Shown here one piece after another: positions 1 to 10,734 of a stretch of DNA of 64,000 bases. Numbering within the stretch: position 1 is the first letter of the stretch; every line of letters begins with the position of its first letter. A program made the translations under genes and the position numbers. Below the pieces are notes generated by a model that worked only from the letters and a program-made list of their open reading frames with translations, was not told where the DNA came from and made no database searches. The stretch covers positions 64,001-128,000 of the forward strand of contig CAVYZN010000009.1 in assembly GCA_963773065.1 (NCBI GenBank), written 5' to 3'. This DNA comes from an uncultured Gammaproteobacteria bacterium. Its GTDB lineage: Bacteria; Pseudomonadota; Gammaproteobacteria; UBA9214.

Positions 1-78
1 TGGGTCATGTTGTAGACCCGGCTCATCATTCCCGCGCATCCCTACGCTTCGAACCCTACCTACGATCCCTGTCGGCAT

Positions 79-103
79 AAAAAACGCCCCGGAATGGGGC
101 GTT
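79..103 (-). terminator. Rho-independent terminator-like hairpin
   Basis: AAAAAACGCCCC-GGAAT-GGGGCGTT: GC stem with an A-tract on its left, giving a U-tract on the minus strand. Confidence 0.55.
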
Positions 104-892
104 AAATGCAGTGGCATTATGTGACTTTCATGTAGCGAAGAATGTTATACGCCACTGATAAGCAGAATATGCTTAAGCACTTGGCTTGTATATTGTCCCT
201 GGGTGCATCGTACTTTGGTCCTATTCTGACAAACGCGAATGACGCTTGTTAGTTATCGTAAAGATCCTGAATATTGGGCACCTCACTCAGCCCAGTGGGC
301 CGTAATCACACGGTGCGTCATGACACATCACTTCATGCTCCCCGACACTGACGGGAACCATGAGATATGATGCGATCTTGTTCAACCTATAACTGGCGAA
401 GAAGAGTGCGATTGCGAACGCCCCGACCGCCCGGGTTTGGGCTGGTAGTAGTGCCCGGCCATACATATGATTTCCGGGCTTTCCTGAATCCACTGGCCGC
501 ACCCAGGCTTGTCGAGGCGTCCTCGGATGGATTTAAAGGCTAGCAATCCAATGACTGCCATTTAGCCTTTTCCACCCTTATTGGAATTATAGTCAATCAC
601 CATGAATCTGTATCATCGCCTTCGGGATGGTTTGGCATTGCCCTGATCCAAATCAACCGCCTTCGGAGAAAAGTCGAGAGGATGTTGTGATGGCGACATG
701 CTATCCGGGCGCCAGCCGCGGTCAGAAAGCCGGATTCCTTGTAGTAATGTTATTTTCCCGTATTGTGATGATCCACTTTAATCACGTATATTCTGCGCAC
801 CGGACATGATCCGCTGGTGCGCCCTGACTGACAGAGCAACACCGCCGGACGAGAACAAGGCAAGTCTCACAAACGGAACCCAGGGATAAACA

Positions 893-2059
893 ATGGAACG
901 AGTACGCCACGCCCGAATTCCAGTACACCTCAATGCTGTCCTGATCGGCGAGAAAACGGTCCCAAAGGGATGCAAGGTGAGAAACGTCAGCAACCAGGGC
1001 ATGCTGCTGCAATGTGATGCGGATGGGCGGATCCTGACATTCAGGGACGGCGACCATGTTGATATCCATCTATTGTTTCAGCGACCCGATGGCACGAAGT
1101 ATCTGACCATATCGGCCATCGTCAGGCACGTGGCTTCAAACGGCATCGGTGTAGAGTTCCGCCAGCCTGATGCGGAAGTTGGTCAATCTGCTCGAGTCCT
1201 GTCGAGTCGACGAGGTAGTAGGGCTGGAAGCGACCATATCGCACCACCAGAAGCAAGCCGTGGATGCAGGTCGTCCTAAAGCCGTTGCGGCGGTTCCCGG
1301 TTCTGATTTTGCATCGGGTGCCGGTCAGGGGCAACTCTCGGTGTCTGTAAAAAATCACCGCTTGTACCAAATGGGGCTGATCTCCGTGGTCGCCGCTCTC
1401 GGCATCATCACCATTGGCTATCTTCGCACCTCTGATATGGGTACACGTGTGACGGCACTGGAAACGACTCACCCGTAGCCATAACAGTGAACTTGCCCTG
1501 ATCCAGTCCCGGCTCTCCGGCGCCGGCGACACGGACAACAACACCGCGTATCGCAACACACTGGGGCAGTCGACCGATGCTGCCACCGTGCCCGAGGCGG
1601 AGCCCGAATACACCGCAGTCACGCCGCAGCAACAGAATCTAGCCTGCCGTCGTCCTCACGACGGGTGAAGCAGAGACTTCCGTTACTGGAGAGGCTGGTG
1701 GTGCTATTGCGCCCGAGATATCCCACGAGGGAAATACCGTCGCTCCAGCCATTGCGAACCCTGCAAGGATGACCAGTCAGGATGATGCCTCATTGCAGGC
1801 AGCTATTCCTGGTGCCGGGAAACGTGGTTCCTGGGTGATCAACCTGCTGTCATCCCCGAACAAGGCCGATGCAGACCGGCTTGCAGTCAGGGCAAGAACA
1901 AACGACATTCCAGTCGAACAGAACAGGGTCAAGGTGAAAGACAGGGATTTCTGGCGTTTGCAGGTAACCGGTTTCGTGACGTCGGATCAAGCCGAGGACT
2001 ATGCTACCTCGGTAAAGGCAAAGCTCGGGGTGAAAGACGTGTGGATTTTTAAACCCTGA
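893..2059 (+). CDS. PilZ-domain / transmembrane / SPOR-domain protein, split by about 3 frameshifts
   Basis: N-terminal ERVRHARIP...NVSNQG...GIGVEF (PilZ-like). TM helix GLISVVAALGIITIGYL in the 1170..1478 frame. C-terminal WVINLLS...FWRLQVTGF..A....K.KLGVKDVWI (SPOR-like) in 1769..2059. The frames join with single-base shifts. Confidence 0.65.
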
Positions 2060-2420
2060 GGGTAACTGCAAAGCTGTGGTTCTTGCGACGGGCTACCCCC
2101 GTATAATCCTCTGACATCTGTCTTTATTGTATTGAAAATATTCATGGTTGAGCACCAAGACACATAAAGAGGGCCATCCAACACCATGGGTCGTTATTGA
2201 CCCGATCACAGCCGTGCATCACACTCCGGTAAAGTCACACTGTCTCCCTGCAGCTTCAGATTACAGCATTCGTTTACGGCCACCGCCGTCCGAGCATGCG
2301 CAGGGGAACCGATCGTGGGATAGTGGGTAAAAACTGGTGTATGCGGGTGGAGGGTGCCGGAAGACGGGCAAGTTCATTTGCAGACCCAGGTTGGCAATAT
2401 ATCGCGGAATGGTGGAGAGT

Positions 2421-2858
2421 ATGGCGACATACAAGAATATTCTCGTGGCGGTGGATCTGTCTCCCGAGGCAAAAGCGGTGGTCGCCCGGGCGTGCGAACT
2501 CAAGGAACATTATGGATCCGCCCTGTATCTGATCCACGTCGTCGAGCCCATTGTCCTGGGCGGGGACTACGACCTGGTTCCGGTAATGCCTGTCGAGATC
2601 GAGGAGACTCTCCTGCAGCGTGCCAAAGGGTATCTAAAGTTACTCGCTGACGAGATGAACATCGCCGATGCGCGGCGGGTAGTTGAAGTGGGGTCCGTGA
2701 AACACGAAATCCTGCGCTTTGCCGACGCACAAGGCTGTGACCTGATTGTGATTGGCGCTCATGGCCGGCATGGTGTAGCCACCTTGCTCGGTTCCACCGC
2801 CAACGCCGTGCTCCATGGAACCAGGTGCGATGTGCTGTGTGTCCGGATAGGCGCATAG
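2421..2858 (+). CDS. uspA: universal stress protein (UspA family)
   Basis: YKNILVAVDLS ... DLIVIGAHGRHG..LLGSTANAVLH..CDVLCV; GGAGAG RBS before ATG 2421. Confidence 0.9.
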   Translation: MATYKNILVAVDLSPEAKAVVARACELKEHYGSALYLIHVVEPIVLGGDYDLVPVMPVEIEETLLQRAKGYLKLLADEMNIADARRVVEVGSVKHEILRFADAQGCDLIVIGAHGRHGVATLLGSTANAVLHGTRCDVLCVRIGA

Positions 2859-3095
2859 CCGGTGCGACCGAGACATGCAACGCAGCTATATAAAAGGCTG
2901 GAGATTCGGTCTTTCATTTGTTAATGTTGCGCTTGCAACCATCCTTCGGATGCCGCCCTTGTCACACCTGCGATGCCTTCAACGGCCAGCTTTTCTGTAC
3001 ATGATATTGGTACGACCTTTGTTCAATAGACGTCAGCGGGTGTTCCTACAACAATACCTACAACGGTTAGGCGTGGTGAAAGAGGCCCGAACGAA

Positions 3096-3290
3096 ATGAA
3101 AGAGCGAAGAAAGCAGAAAGACAGGCGCGGCTATGGCAAGCCGAAGTCAGCGATCTGCGGCCATAGCCGCTTTCCGGATCGGCGGCTTAACAACATTTCG
3201 GTTGAATGGATACCCTTGGGACTGGTGCATTCCCATCCCCTGACACATCGTGTGTTTGAAATAACCCGCCGCGTGTTTACCAAATCCTGA
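3096..3290 (+). CDS. small basic hypothetical protein with ERR/DRR motifs
   Basis: 64-aa ORF MKERRKQKDRR...PDRRLNNISVEWI filling the gap before a convergent gene. Confidence 0.45.
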   Translation: MKERRKQKDRRGYGKPKSAICGHSRFPDRRLNNISVEWIPLGLVHSHPLTHRVFEITRRVFTKS

Positions 3291-3336
3291 GAATCCCTCA
3301 TCGGGTGAGGATAGGACCAAGGACGTCTATGTCCTG

Positions 3337-4047
3337 TTATTGCACAGTGCCTATCCCTGCTTCGCCGAGCGATTCAGATAGGTGTCTTTGCGCGCTCTTC
3401 GCATCCACCAGCACGGCGGTAAACGGATAGGATGCGGTGAGTGCGCTGATCAACTGGGTGGCGGCATTCACGAAAGCGTTCTCATCGGCAAAATCCAGAT
3501 ACTGGATCGACGCAGACACGGCCACGTTTGAACGGACCGCCACGGTGCGCAGCTCAGCGGGGATGGTTATCAGGTGGTCGCCCGGTACCGCATCCAGGGA
3601 CTGCAGCAACCTGGCGATATTGATGACGGCCGGCGTGTCGATTGTTCCGTTCGGCACCAGGTCAAGCGGGGATATTACCGCTTTCCCCTCGACCGCATCC
3701 CCCAGGCCTATGTCGCCGATGAAAAAACGAATAGTCTTGCCTTCCTCGTACTGAAACTCGCCCATGGCGCCGGTAACGCCTGAAACCGACCCCGACTCGT
3801 AGCGTACGCCCTGTACCGGCGCATCGATCAACTGGCCGTCATTGATGACGACGGCCAGGCCGGAGTTGTTGTTTTTCTTTGAATCGCAAGAATTGCTGCT
3901 CGATGAGTCGCAAGAATCGTTGCCCGAGGTGGCGATAAACACACATTGACTGCCCGTCAATGTCAGAATGGCGACCAGGGCGAGTATGAGCAGTGATTGT
4001 TTTGAAATCATGGACGTTGTGGTTATCCCGGCTGTTCTTCGCAGCAT
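3337..4047 (-). CDS. exported (lipo)protein with an adhesin-type N-terminal domain
   Basis: Hydrophobic signal ending LTGSQC, Ser-rich linker, then GQLIDAPVQGVRY...GVTG..GEFQY..G..I.FFIGDI.LG and NIARLLQSLD motifs typical of proteobacterial surface lipoproteins. Confidence 0.65.
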   Translation of the reverse strand: MLRRTAGITTTSMISKQSLLILALVAILTLTGSQCVFIATSGNDSCDSSSSNSCDSKKNNNSGLAVVINDGQLIDAPVQGVRYESGSVSGVTGAMGEFQYEEGKTIRFFIGDIGLGDAVEGKAVISPLDLVPNGTIDTPAVINIARLLQSLDAVPGDHLITIPAELRTVAVRSNVAVSASIQYLDFADENAFVNAATQLISALTASYPFTAVLVDAKSAQRHLSESLGEAGIGTVQ

Positions 4048-4432
4048 AGCGTCACTCTTTCTGGGAAAGAAGGGTGTATACGCAATTTTAATCCATTATT
4101 CGGGTTACCGGGTGGTAGCTTCCGGAACCGCGTGGTCTCTCTATGTGATCTGCCATTATGCCCCCAAGCTCAGACAACCGGGATTTAACCAGTATGACAA
4201 CATATCAGGGTAGCCTGATAACGGGAATGGCACCGATAATGCTCGATATTGGCGGGCCAAATAACCAGGCAATTCCAACCGATGCAGGACGGGTGTTTCC
4301 GTCGGGGTGATACCAGAGTTGAGTCAAGAAAAGATGAGCACTGTTTGAAGTGGCATCAGTACGCGCGATGCGGCACCATGGCTGTTCGCGCATCAATTGA
4401 CACGAACCTTCCGCTCAACACAAGATTGTTGC

Positions 4433-5353
4433 ATGAGGGCAGAAGTCGATGAGGTCATCTCCCAGGTTGCCACCATCATCCTGGGCAAGCAGCACCAACT
4501 GCGCTTGGCGCTGGCCTGCCTGCTGGCCCGTGGTCATCTACTGATCGAGGATTTGCCCGGTGTGGGTAAAACGACCCTGGCGCACGCACTTGCCACGATA
4601 CTCGGCCTGCATTATCAGCGTATCCAGTTCACCAGCGACCTGCTGCCTGCCGACATACTCGGTGTTTCCATCTACAACCGCGACAGCGGCGGCTTCCAGT
4701 TTCATCCCGGCCCGGTTTTTTCACACATCGTGCTGGCCGATGAAATCAACCGCGCCACACCGAAGACCCAGAGCGCGCTGCTTGAGGCCATGGAGGAACA
4801 TCAGGTGACCGTGGAAGGGGAAACCCGCCAACTGCCCCAGCCGTTCTTCGTCATCGCCACGCAGAATCCGCTTTACCAGGTTGGCACCTTTCCGCTACCA
4901 GAATCACAGTTGGACCGCTTCCTGATGCGGATCGAACTCGGCTATCCCGATGCGCAGGCCGAGCGCATCCTGCTGCAGGGCGAGGACCGCCGCAAACTCC
5001 TTAAAGAGGTGACCACGGTGTTGTCCGCGGGCCGGCTGCTGGATCTGCAGTCGCGGGTCGATACGCTCCATGTCTCGGGTGCGCTGCTCGATTACCTGCA
5101 GGCGTTGCTTGGCTACAGCCGCCGTACGCCACATTACCAGAATGGACTGTCGCCACGCGCCGGTCTGGCCCTGTTGCACAGTGCCAGAGCCTGGGCTTTC
5201 CTGGAGGGCAGGGACATGGTTCTTCCTGAAGACTTGCAAGTCGTGCTGCCGGCCGTGATAGGGCATCGCCTGCAGCCCGCAACGGAACAAGCCGAAGCCC
5301 TGTCAGCGGCTGAACGCGTGCGCCTGTTTCTCGAATCGGTCCCTGTTCCATAA
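4433..5353 (+). CDS. moxR: MoxR-family AAA+ ATPase
   Basis: GHLLIEDLPGVGKT, RIQFTSDLLPADI, LADEINRATPKTQSALLEAM, TFPLPESQLDRF. Confidence 0.95.
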   Translation: MRAEVDEVISQVATIILGKQHQLRLALACLLARGHLLIEDLPGVGKTTLAHALATILGLHYQRIQFTSDLLPADILGVSIYNRDSGGFQFHPGPVFSHIVLADEINRATPKTQSALLEAMEEHQVTVEGETRQLPQPFFVIATQNPLYQVGTFPLPESQLDRFLMRIELGYPDAQAERILLQGEDRRKLLKEVTTVLSAGRLLDLQSRVDTLHVSGALLDYLQALLGYSRRTPHYQNGLSPRAGLALLHSARAWAFLEGRDMVLPEDLQVVLPAVIGHRLQPATEQAEALSAAERVRLFLESVPVP

Positions 5354-5454
5354 CAGGAAGCCTGGAAACATACCGCTTGCCGGAGTAACGGCGACAGGAA
5401 ACGACCATACGATAGACACGGCGTGTCGTGCGGACGAATCATCGGTGAGGTTTT

Positions 5455-6408
5455 ATGCAGTCGCTCACATTACGCCAACGCTTCAAGCTGGAGCGCTTTA
5501 CGCGGGGGCTCGGGCCGGAGTCCGGGCCGGTCAGCCTGGATCGTTCCCGTATCTTCATCCTGCCCACCGGCGCCGGGTTGATGTTCGCCTTCATGCTGCT
5601 GGTAATGCTGTTCGGTTCCATCAACTACAACAATAGCCTCGGACACATGTTTACCTTCCTGTTGGGCAGCATGGCGATGGTTTCCATTTTCCATACTTAC
5701 CGCAACCTGTCCATGCTGGGTTTTGCCGTCGGTAAGATCCGGCCGGTATTCGCCGGTGAACGCGCCGGCTATGAAATCCTGGTGAGCAATCCCGGTTTGT
5801 TCACGCGCCTGGCGATCCACCTGGAGTGCGCGCACCAGTCACCCGTCATCATGGATTTGGACAGACAGCAAACAATTCCTGCCACACTGTACCGTTATAC
5901 CGACCGGCGCGGCGTCCTGGCACTGGGTCGTTTCAAGGTATCGTCGTGTTATCCACTGGGCCTATTCAGGGCCTGGTCCCATCTGGAGCTGTACACGGAA
6001 TGCCTGGTCTATCCGCGTCCCGGGCCACGGCGTCTGTTGCCGCAAAGCATGGTCTACAGACCCAACCCATCCGGCGACAAGGGCAGGGGGGTGGATGATT
6101 TCGCGGGTTTTCGGCCCTACCGGCCCGGCGATTCACCGCGCCATATGTTCTGGAAAGCCGCGGCGCGTGATCAGGCCCTCCTCGTCAAGCAATTCGGCGG
6201 CGACCGCGCCGATGAGTTTTGGCTGGATTGGCATGATCTCGACGGCCTTGATACCGAGACCCGCCTGAGTCAGTTGTGCCGGTGGGTGCTCGATGCGGAC
6301 CATCGCCAGCAATGGTATGGATTGCGTCTGCCCGGCGTGGAAATCGCCATCGCTGGCGGCAATGCCCACAAGCAGCGCTGTCTGGAGGCGCTGGCGCGCT
6401 TTGAGTAA
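5455..6408 (+). CDS. DUF58 family protein
   Basis: IFILPT..G..INYNNSLG; DDFAGFRPYRPGDSPRHMFWKAAAR; classic position after moxR. Confidence 0.9.
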   Translation: MQSLTLRQRFKLERFTRGLGPESGPVSLDRSRIFILPTGAGLMFAFMLLVMLFGSINYNNSLGHMFTFLLGSMAMVSIFHTYRNLSMLGFAVGKIRPVFAGERAGYEILVSNPGLFTRLAIHLECAHQSPVIMDLDRQQTIPATLYRYTDRRGVLALGRFKVSSCYPLGLFRAWSHLELYTECLVYPRPGPRRLLPQSMVYRPNPSGDKGRGVDDFAGFRPYRPGDSPRHMFWKAAARDQALLVKQFGGDRADEFWLDWHDLDGLDTETRLSQLCRWVLDADHRQQWYGLRLPGVEIAIAGGNAHKQRCLEALARFE

Positions 6409-8485
6409 TCCAATACGCAAATTGGAAGCGCCTTTGACTGACCGCGCGCAACGGTGGATGCTCGCCTCCCTGGGGCTGGTGATCCTGCCGCATGCCGGAC
6501 GCCTGCCGTGGTGGATCCCCATGTTCGTGTTCGGCATGGGTGTCGCGCATCTTCTGCTGCTGCGCCACCCCGGATGGAAGGTGCCGCGCCTGCTGATCCA
6601 CTCCGCCGCGCTCGTGGGCGCCGCCGGCGTGTTCCTGCAGTACGGCACTCTGCTGGGAAAGAATGCCGGCGTGGCGCTGCTCATCGTCATGCTGGCGCTG
6701 AAGCTGCTCGATCTGCGCCGGTTGCGGGATGTGGTGCTGGTGATCTTCCTGAGCTACTTTCTGGTCATTACCAATTTCCTGTTTACCCAGACGCCCTTCA
6801 TCGCCCTTTACATGTTTGTGACCACGGTGGCTATCACGACAGCCCTTGCGGTTGCCACGCAGGCCCATGCAGTACAACCGGCAGTCAGCGAGCTGCGATT
6901 CGCCGCTGTGCTGCTGGCGCAGGCCTTGCCGGTCATGCTGGTGCTGTTCGTCTTTTTCCCCCGCATCACCGGGCCAATCTGGGGTTTGCCGAAAGATGCG
7001 TATTCCGGGGTGACCGGGTTGAGTGACAGCATGAGCCCCGGCGCCATCAGCCACCTGGCGCAGTCGGAAGCCCCGGCGTTCCGGGTGGAGTTTTCCGGTC
7101 CCGCGCCGTCGCCGCAGCAGCGTTACTGGCGCGGGCCGGTGCTGTGGCATACCGATGGCCGAATCTGGTCGGCGGGCGGTTCTGCCGCACTGCTGCGGCC
7201 TGCGGAGACGGTCATGCAGCCTGAAGGGCATGCCGTGCACCAGTCGATCACACTGGAGGGGCAGAATACACGCTGGCTGGTCGGCCTGGATATGCCGGTG
7301 CACGTATCGGTGCCGGCGATCAACACGGCGGGCTCGCAGTGGCTTTCGAAGAGGACACTGCGCGAACGCACCCGCTATGAGGTGATCTCGTATCCCCGCT
7401 ACCGGACCGGATCCCTGGACACGCAACTGAGAGAAGCCGCCCTGCAGTTGCCCCCTAAGGTCAGTAGGCGGCTACAGTCGCTGGCGCGAAGCTGGCGCGA
7501 CAACGCAGCCACCGACCGTGAGGTGGTAGATCAGGCCCTCGACTATTTCCACACCGAGCCGTTTGTCTATACCCTGACACCGCCGTTGCTGGGAGGGGAC
7601 GCGGTGGATGAGTTCCTGTTTTCGTCGCGCCGGGGATTCTGCGAGCATTATGCTGCGGCTTTTGTCGTGCTGATGCGCAGCGCCGGTATACCCGCCCGCG
7701 TCGTCACCGGATACCAGGGTGGTGAGTATAACCCGGTGGGCGATTACTGGCTGATCCGTCAATCGGATGCCCATGCCTGGGCGGAAGTATGGTTGCCCGG
7801 CGCGGGCTGGGAGCGTGTCGATCCTACCGCGGCCGTGGCGCCTGAGCGCATCGAGTATGCTCCGGATCTGGGCACGCAGCCCGCGGGTGCGCCGGTGCGC
7901 TTTCAGATGGGTGAAGACAGCCTGCTGGCTCGCGGCTGGCGCCGGCTGCGCTACTCACTGGATACCGTCAATCACGGTTGGGACCAGTGGGTCCTGTCGT
8001 ACGGGCCGGAGCTGCAGCGGGGAGTGCTGACCGCACTTGGATTCAGCCGCCCCTCCTGGAAAAACATGACAATGGCGTTAGTGCTGTTGATCGGCGTTCT
8101 GCTGCTCGGCATCGCTGGTTGGATGCTGGTGAAAAGGCCCGCGCCGTCCGATCCGGTGCTGCGTGCCTACCGAAAATTCTGCGCGCGCGTCGCCCGCATC
8201 GGCATACAGCGTGAGCCCAGTGAAGGGCCTTGGGATTTCTCCCGCCGGATCATCGCGTCCCACCCGGAACTTGCCCGCGAGGTGAACCGAATTACAGAGT
8301 TGTTCATTCTGCTGCGTTATGGATGCCCGACTGACACCGTACACCGCATTGTCCTGCTGCAAAGACTGGTGCAACGCTTCCCGCAACGAAGATTGATTGT
8401 CCTTGTTAGGGTGGAAACAGGCTGTCCAAAGGATGGGGACCACTTCAGTCAAACCAGCATGCGGGGATCGGGACACTGCGAGTAA
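6401..8485 (+). CDS. tgpA: transglutaminase TgpA-like protein (DUF3488 + transglutaminase + DUF4129)
   Basis: Multi-TM N-terminus; GFCEHYAAAFVVLMR..GIPARVVTGYQGG; DAHAWAEVW..GWERVDPT. TTG start overlaps the DUF58 stop. Confidence 0.9.
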   Translation: MSNPIRKLEAPLTDRAQRWMLASLGLVILPHAGRLPWWIPMFVFGMGVAHLLLLRHPGWKVPRLLIHSAALVGAAGVFLQYGTLLGKNAGVALLIVMLALKLLDLRRLRDVVLVIFLSYFLVITNFLFTQTPFIALYMFVTTVAITTALAVATQAHAVQPAVSELRFAAVLLAQALPVMLVLFVFFPRITGPIWGLPKDAYSGVTGLSDSMSPGAISHLAQSEAPAFRVEFSGPAPSPQQRYWRGPVLWHTDGRIWSAGGSAALLRPAETVMQPEGHAVHQSITLEGQNTRWLVGLDMPVHVSVPAINTAGSQWLSKRTLRERTRYEVISYPRYRTGSLDTQLREAALQLPPKVSRRLQSLARSWRDNAATDREVVDQALDYFHTEPFVYTLTPPLLGGDAVDEFLFSSRRGFCEHYAAAFVVLMRSAGIPARVVTGYQGGEYNPVGDYWLIRQSDAHAWAEVWLPGAGWERVDPTAAVAPERIEYAPDLGTQPAGAPVRFQMGEDSLLARGWRRLRYSLDTVNHGWDQWVLSYGPELQRGVLTALGFSRPSWKNMTMALVLLIGVLLLGIAGWMLVKRPAPSDPVLRAYRKFCARVARIGIQREPSEGPWDFSRRIIASHPELAREVNRITELFILLRYGCPTDTVHRIVLLQRLVQRFPQRRLIVLVRVETGCPKDGDHFSQTSMRGSGHCE

Positions 8486-9046
8486 CCCATAAGGATTGAG
8501 ATGACCTGCAAGGTCGTTCAATCCATTGTTCAAGAAGCCCGGTGTTGCGCACAGTTCGGAGATACTGCGTTTGTCTTTCCAGAATCGAAGGTTGGATGTA
8601 CAATTATGGTCAATAATTTGACTAAACATGCGGTAGGGAATGGATACAGCCCAAATCTGGCAAAATTAAAGCACTGCTATGTTGTATTGAAACAACGAAA
8701 TGAAAATAAACACCTGCAGGCCAGTTAAATTCTAGGGCCAAGCTTAAATTCTGATCTATACTCGATTTTAAATGCCAACTCATCACTAAAACAGTCGGAT
8801 TTTTTTACATATAATACTGAGTTACTTTCAATATAATGTTTGATAATCTTACACGAACACATCATATTACTGAATATGAGTATTCAATAATCTTAATTTA
8901 TATATATATATTAATTATTGTATAATTATTCGACATGAAAAGTATTAATGTGGCGTAATAATGTGGTAGGCCAACAACCCAAATGAGGACATCAACGTGA
9001 CACATTCTGCAACTGACAGGAATACAAGGCAAAAGGAGTCAAGGAC

Positions 9047-9792
9047 GTGAAAAAAATAATATTGTTAATGACTCCAATCGTTGGACTATTGCTGGTATCG
9101 CTCGATGGATGCGCCACAAATAGCAAACAGGTACAACATGAGTCGCAAGACACATCAACGTCTGCCTTGGCCACGGGTGTAACTGGCACAGCCGAACACA
9201 TAGCTCCAACCGATTATCTCATTCAACCAGGCGATGGATTGTCAATCAAATTCTTCTACAACCCTGAGCTCAACGACGACGTTGTCGTACGTCCTGACGG
9301 CAAAATCTCATTACAACTGATAGATGAAGTCCAGGCCAGTGGCAAGACTCCATCGCAACTTGACCAGGAACTTACCCAACTCTATTCAGCCGAACTGAAA
9401 AAGCCGGCTATCACGGTGATCATGCGATCCTTTGGTGGCCAGCAGATATTCGTGGGAGGTGAAGTTGGAAAACCACAGGCGAGTCACGTTGACGCCTCAG
9501 ATGACGCCGTTACAGGCTGTGATGAATGCCGGTGGATTCCTGGATACAGCGGATCAGAATAATGTGATGGTAATCCGTGCCGGAGCAGATAACCAGGCTC
9601 AAACATATTCCATGAATCTCGAGCAGATAGCTGACGGTAATTCTACCCGACTTGAAATTCCAGTTGCATCCTGGCGATGTAGTATTTATCCCCAAGACCG
9701 GAATTGCCAAGGCAGATGTGTGGATGGACCAGCATATCCGCCGGTTTCTGTTGTTCAACGGGTTTAGCGCTGGCTATAACCTTAGACGATGA
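9047..9792 (+). CDS. wza: polysaccharide export outer-membrane lipoprotein (Wza/OPX), frameshifted
   Basis: Lipobox LDGC; YLIQPGD.LSIKFFYNPELN..VVVRPDGKISL; continues via shifts to LHPGDVVFIPKT..IAKADVWMDQHIRR. Confidence 0.85.
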
Positions 9793-9854
9793 GGATGCCT
9801 TCAGACTGTTAACGATTCATCTGTTCAAAAACAGATCCCTTTAAGGTTAAAGCG

Positions 9855-10697
9855 ATGGATAGCACTACAAACAACTATATGCGCTTGTCAACTCTTGCCC
9901 TGATTACGTCGCTTGCATTTTTTTACAATGTCGATTTTTTTCTTCCAGACATACCAGGGAGAACTAATTACCCTGTTATGTATTTGTTCGGTACTATTGC
10001 AGCAGCTTCTGCAGTGATATTCACGATATTCAGCAACTTTCCTATATATATTGCTTTTCCGTTCTGGGGTTTGACATATGTACTGACAATACCGCATTTC
10101 GCTGGCGGATATACGTTACATATTATGTTGTCTGCTACTACCCTGATTCATGCTGCAATGGTCGCAGGCTTGGCGACGTTGGCAAACTGGTATGTGCGGA
10201 AATTAGGTAGTTATCTACAGCAAGAGCATCAATCGGTTGATTATACAATTGCACCCCCTCTGCTCGAAGATGAGCTTAAGCACATCAAATATGAAATCAC
10301 ACGGGCGCGCAGATATAACCATCCGATGAGTGTAATTATGATACAGTCATTTTCCAAGTCTTACGGATCTATGGAGAAAGGATTGTTATCGCATACTCTC
10401 TCCAAAACGTTTCGTCGGACCGAACGTCTTTATGACATGGGCAAACAAGGACGGTTTCTGATCTTCTGCCCGGAGACCACGAACAGCAGTGCCGAGATGC
10501 TCGTCAACAGAATACGGATAATTGCGCATAGAGAACAAGAAATACACTTCAACTACGGTATAGCTACTTTCCCTGATCAGGAACTGACTTTTGAAGGACT
10601 CGTATTAAGGGCCAAGGAAAATCTGGGAACAGGAACCAGTAATAAATCTGCTGCGATCAAAACAATAAAAGACGGCAAACTCATGGCAAACAGATAG
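9855..10697 (+). CDS. membrane protein with a degenerate GGDEF-like domain
   Basis: About 4 TM segments, then EITRARRYNHPMSVIMI ... MGKQGRFLIFCPET ... YGIATFP...FEGLVLRA; GGDEF motif absent. Confidence 0.7.
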   Translation: MDSTTNNYMRLSTLALITSLAFFYNVDFFLPDIPGRTNYPVMYLFGTIAAASAVIFTIFSNFPIYIAFPFWGLTYVLTIPHFAGGYTLHIMLSATTLIHAAMVAGLATLANWYVRKLGSYLQQEHQSVDYTIAPPLLEDELKHIKYEITRARRYNHPMSVIMIQSFSKSYGSMEKGLLSHTLSKTFRRTERLYDMGKQGRFLIFCPETTNSSAEMLVNRIRIIAHREQEIHFNYGIATFPDQELTFEGLVLRAKENLGTGTSNKSAAIKTIKDGKLMANR

Positions 10698-10734
10698 CCG
10701 TCGCGGTTGGAAGCGAGCCGCATGGACAATTAGA

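Noticed and set aside
1-66. REP-like GTAG...CTAC palindromic stretch at the window start
   Set aside because: Single, possibly truncated occurrence; no second copy recognised
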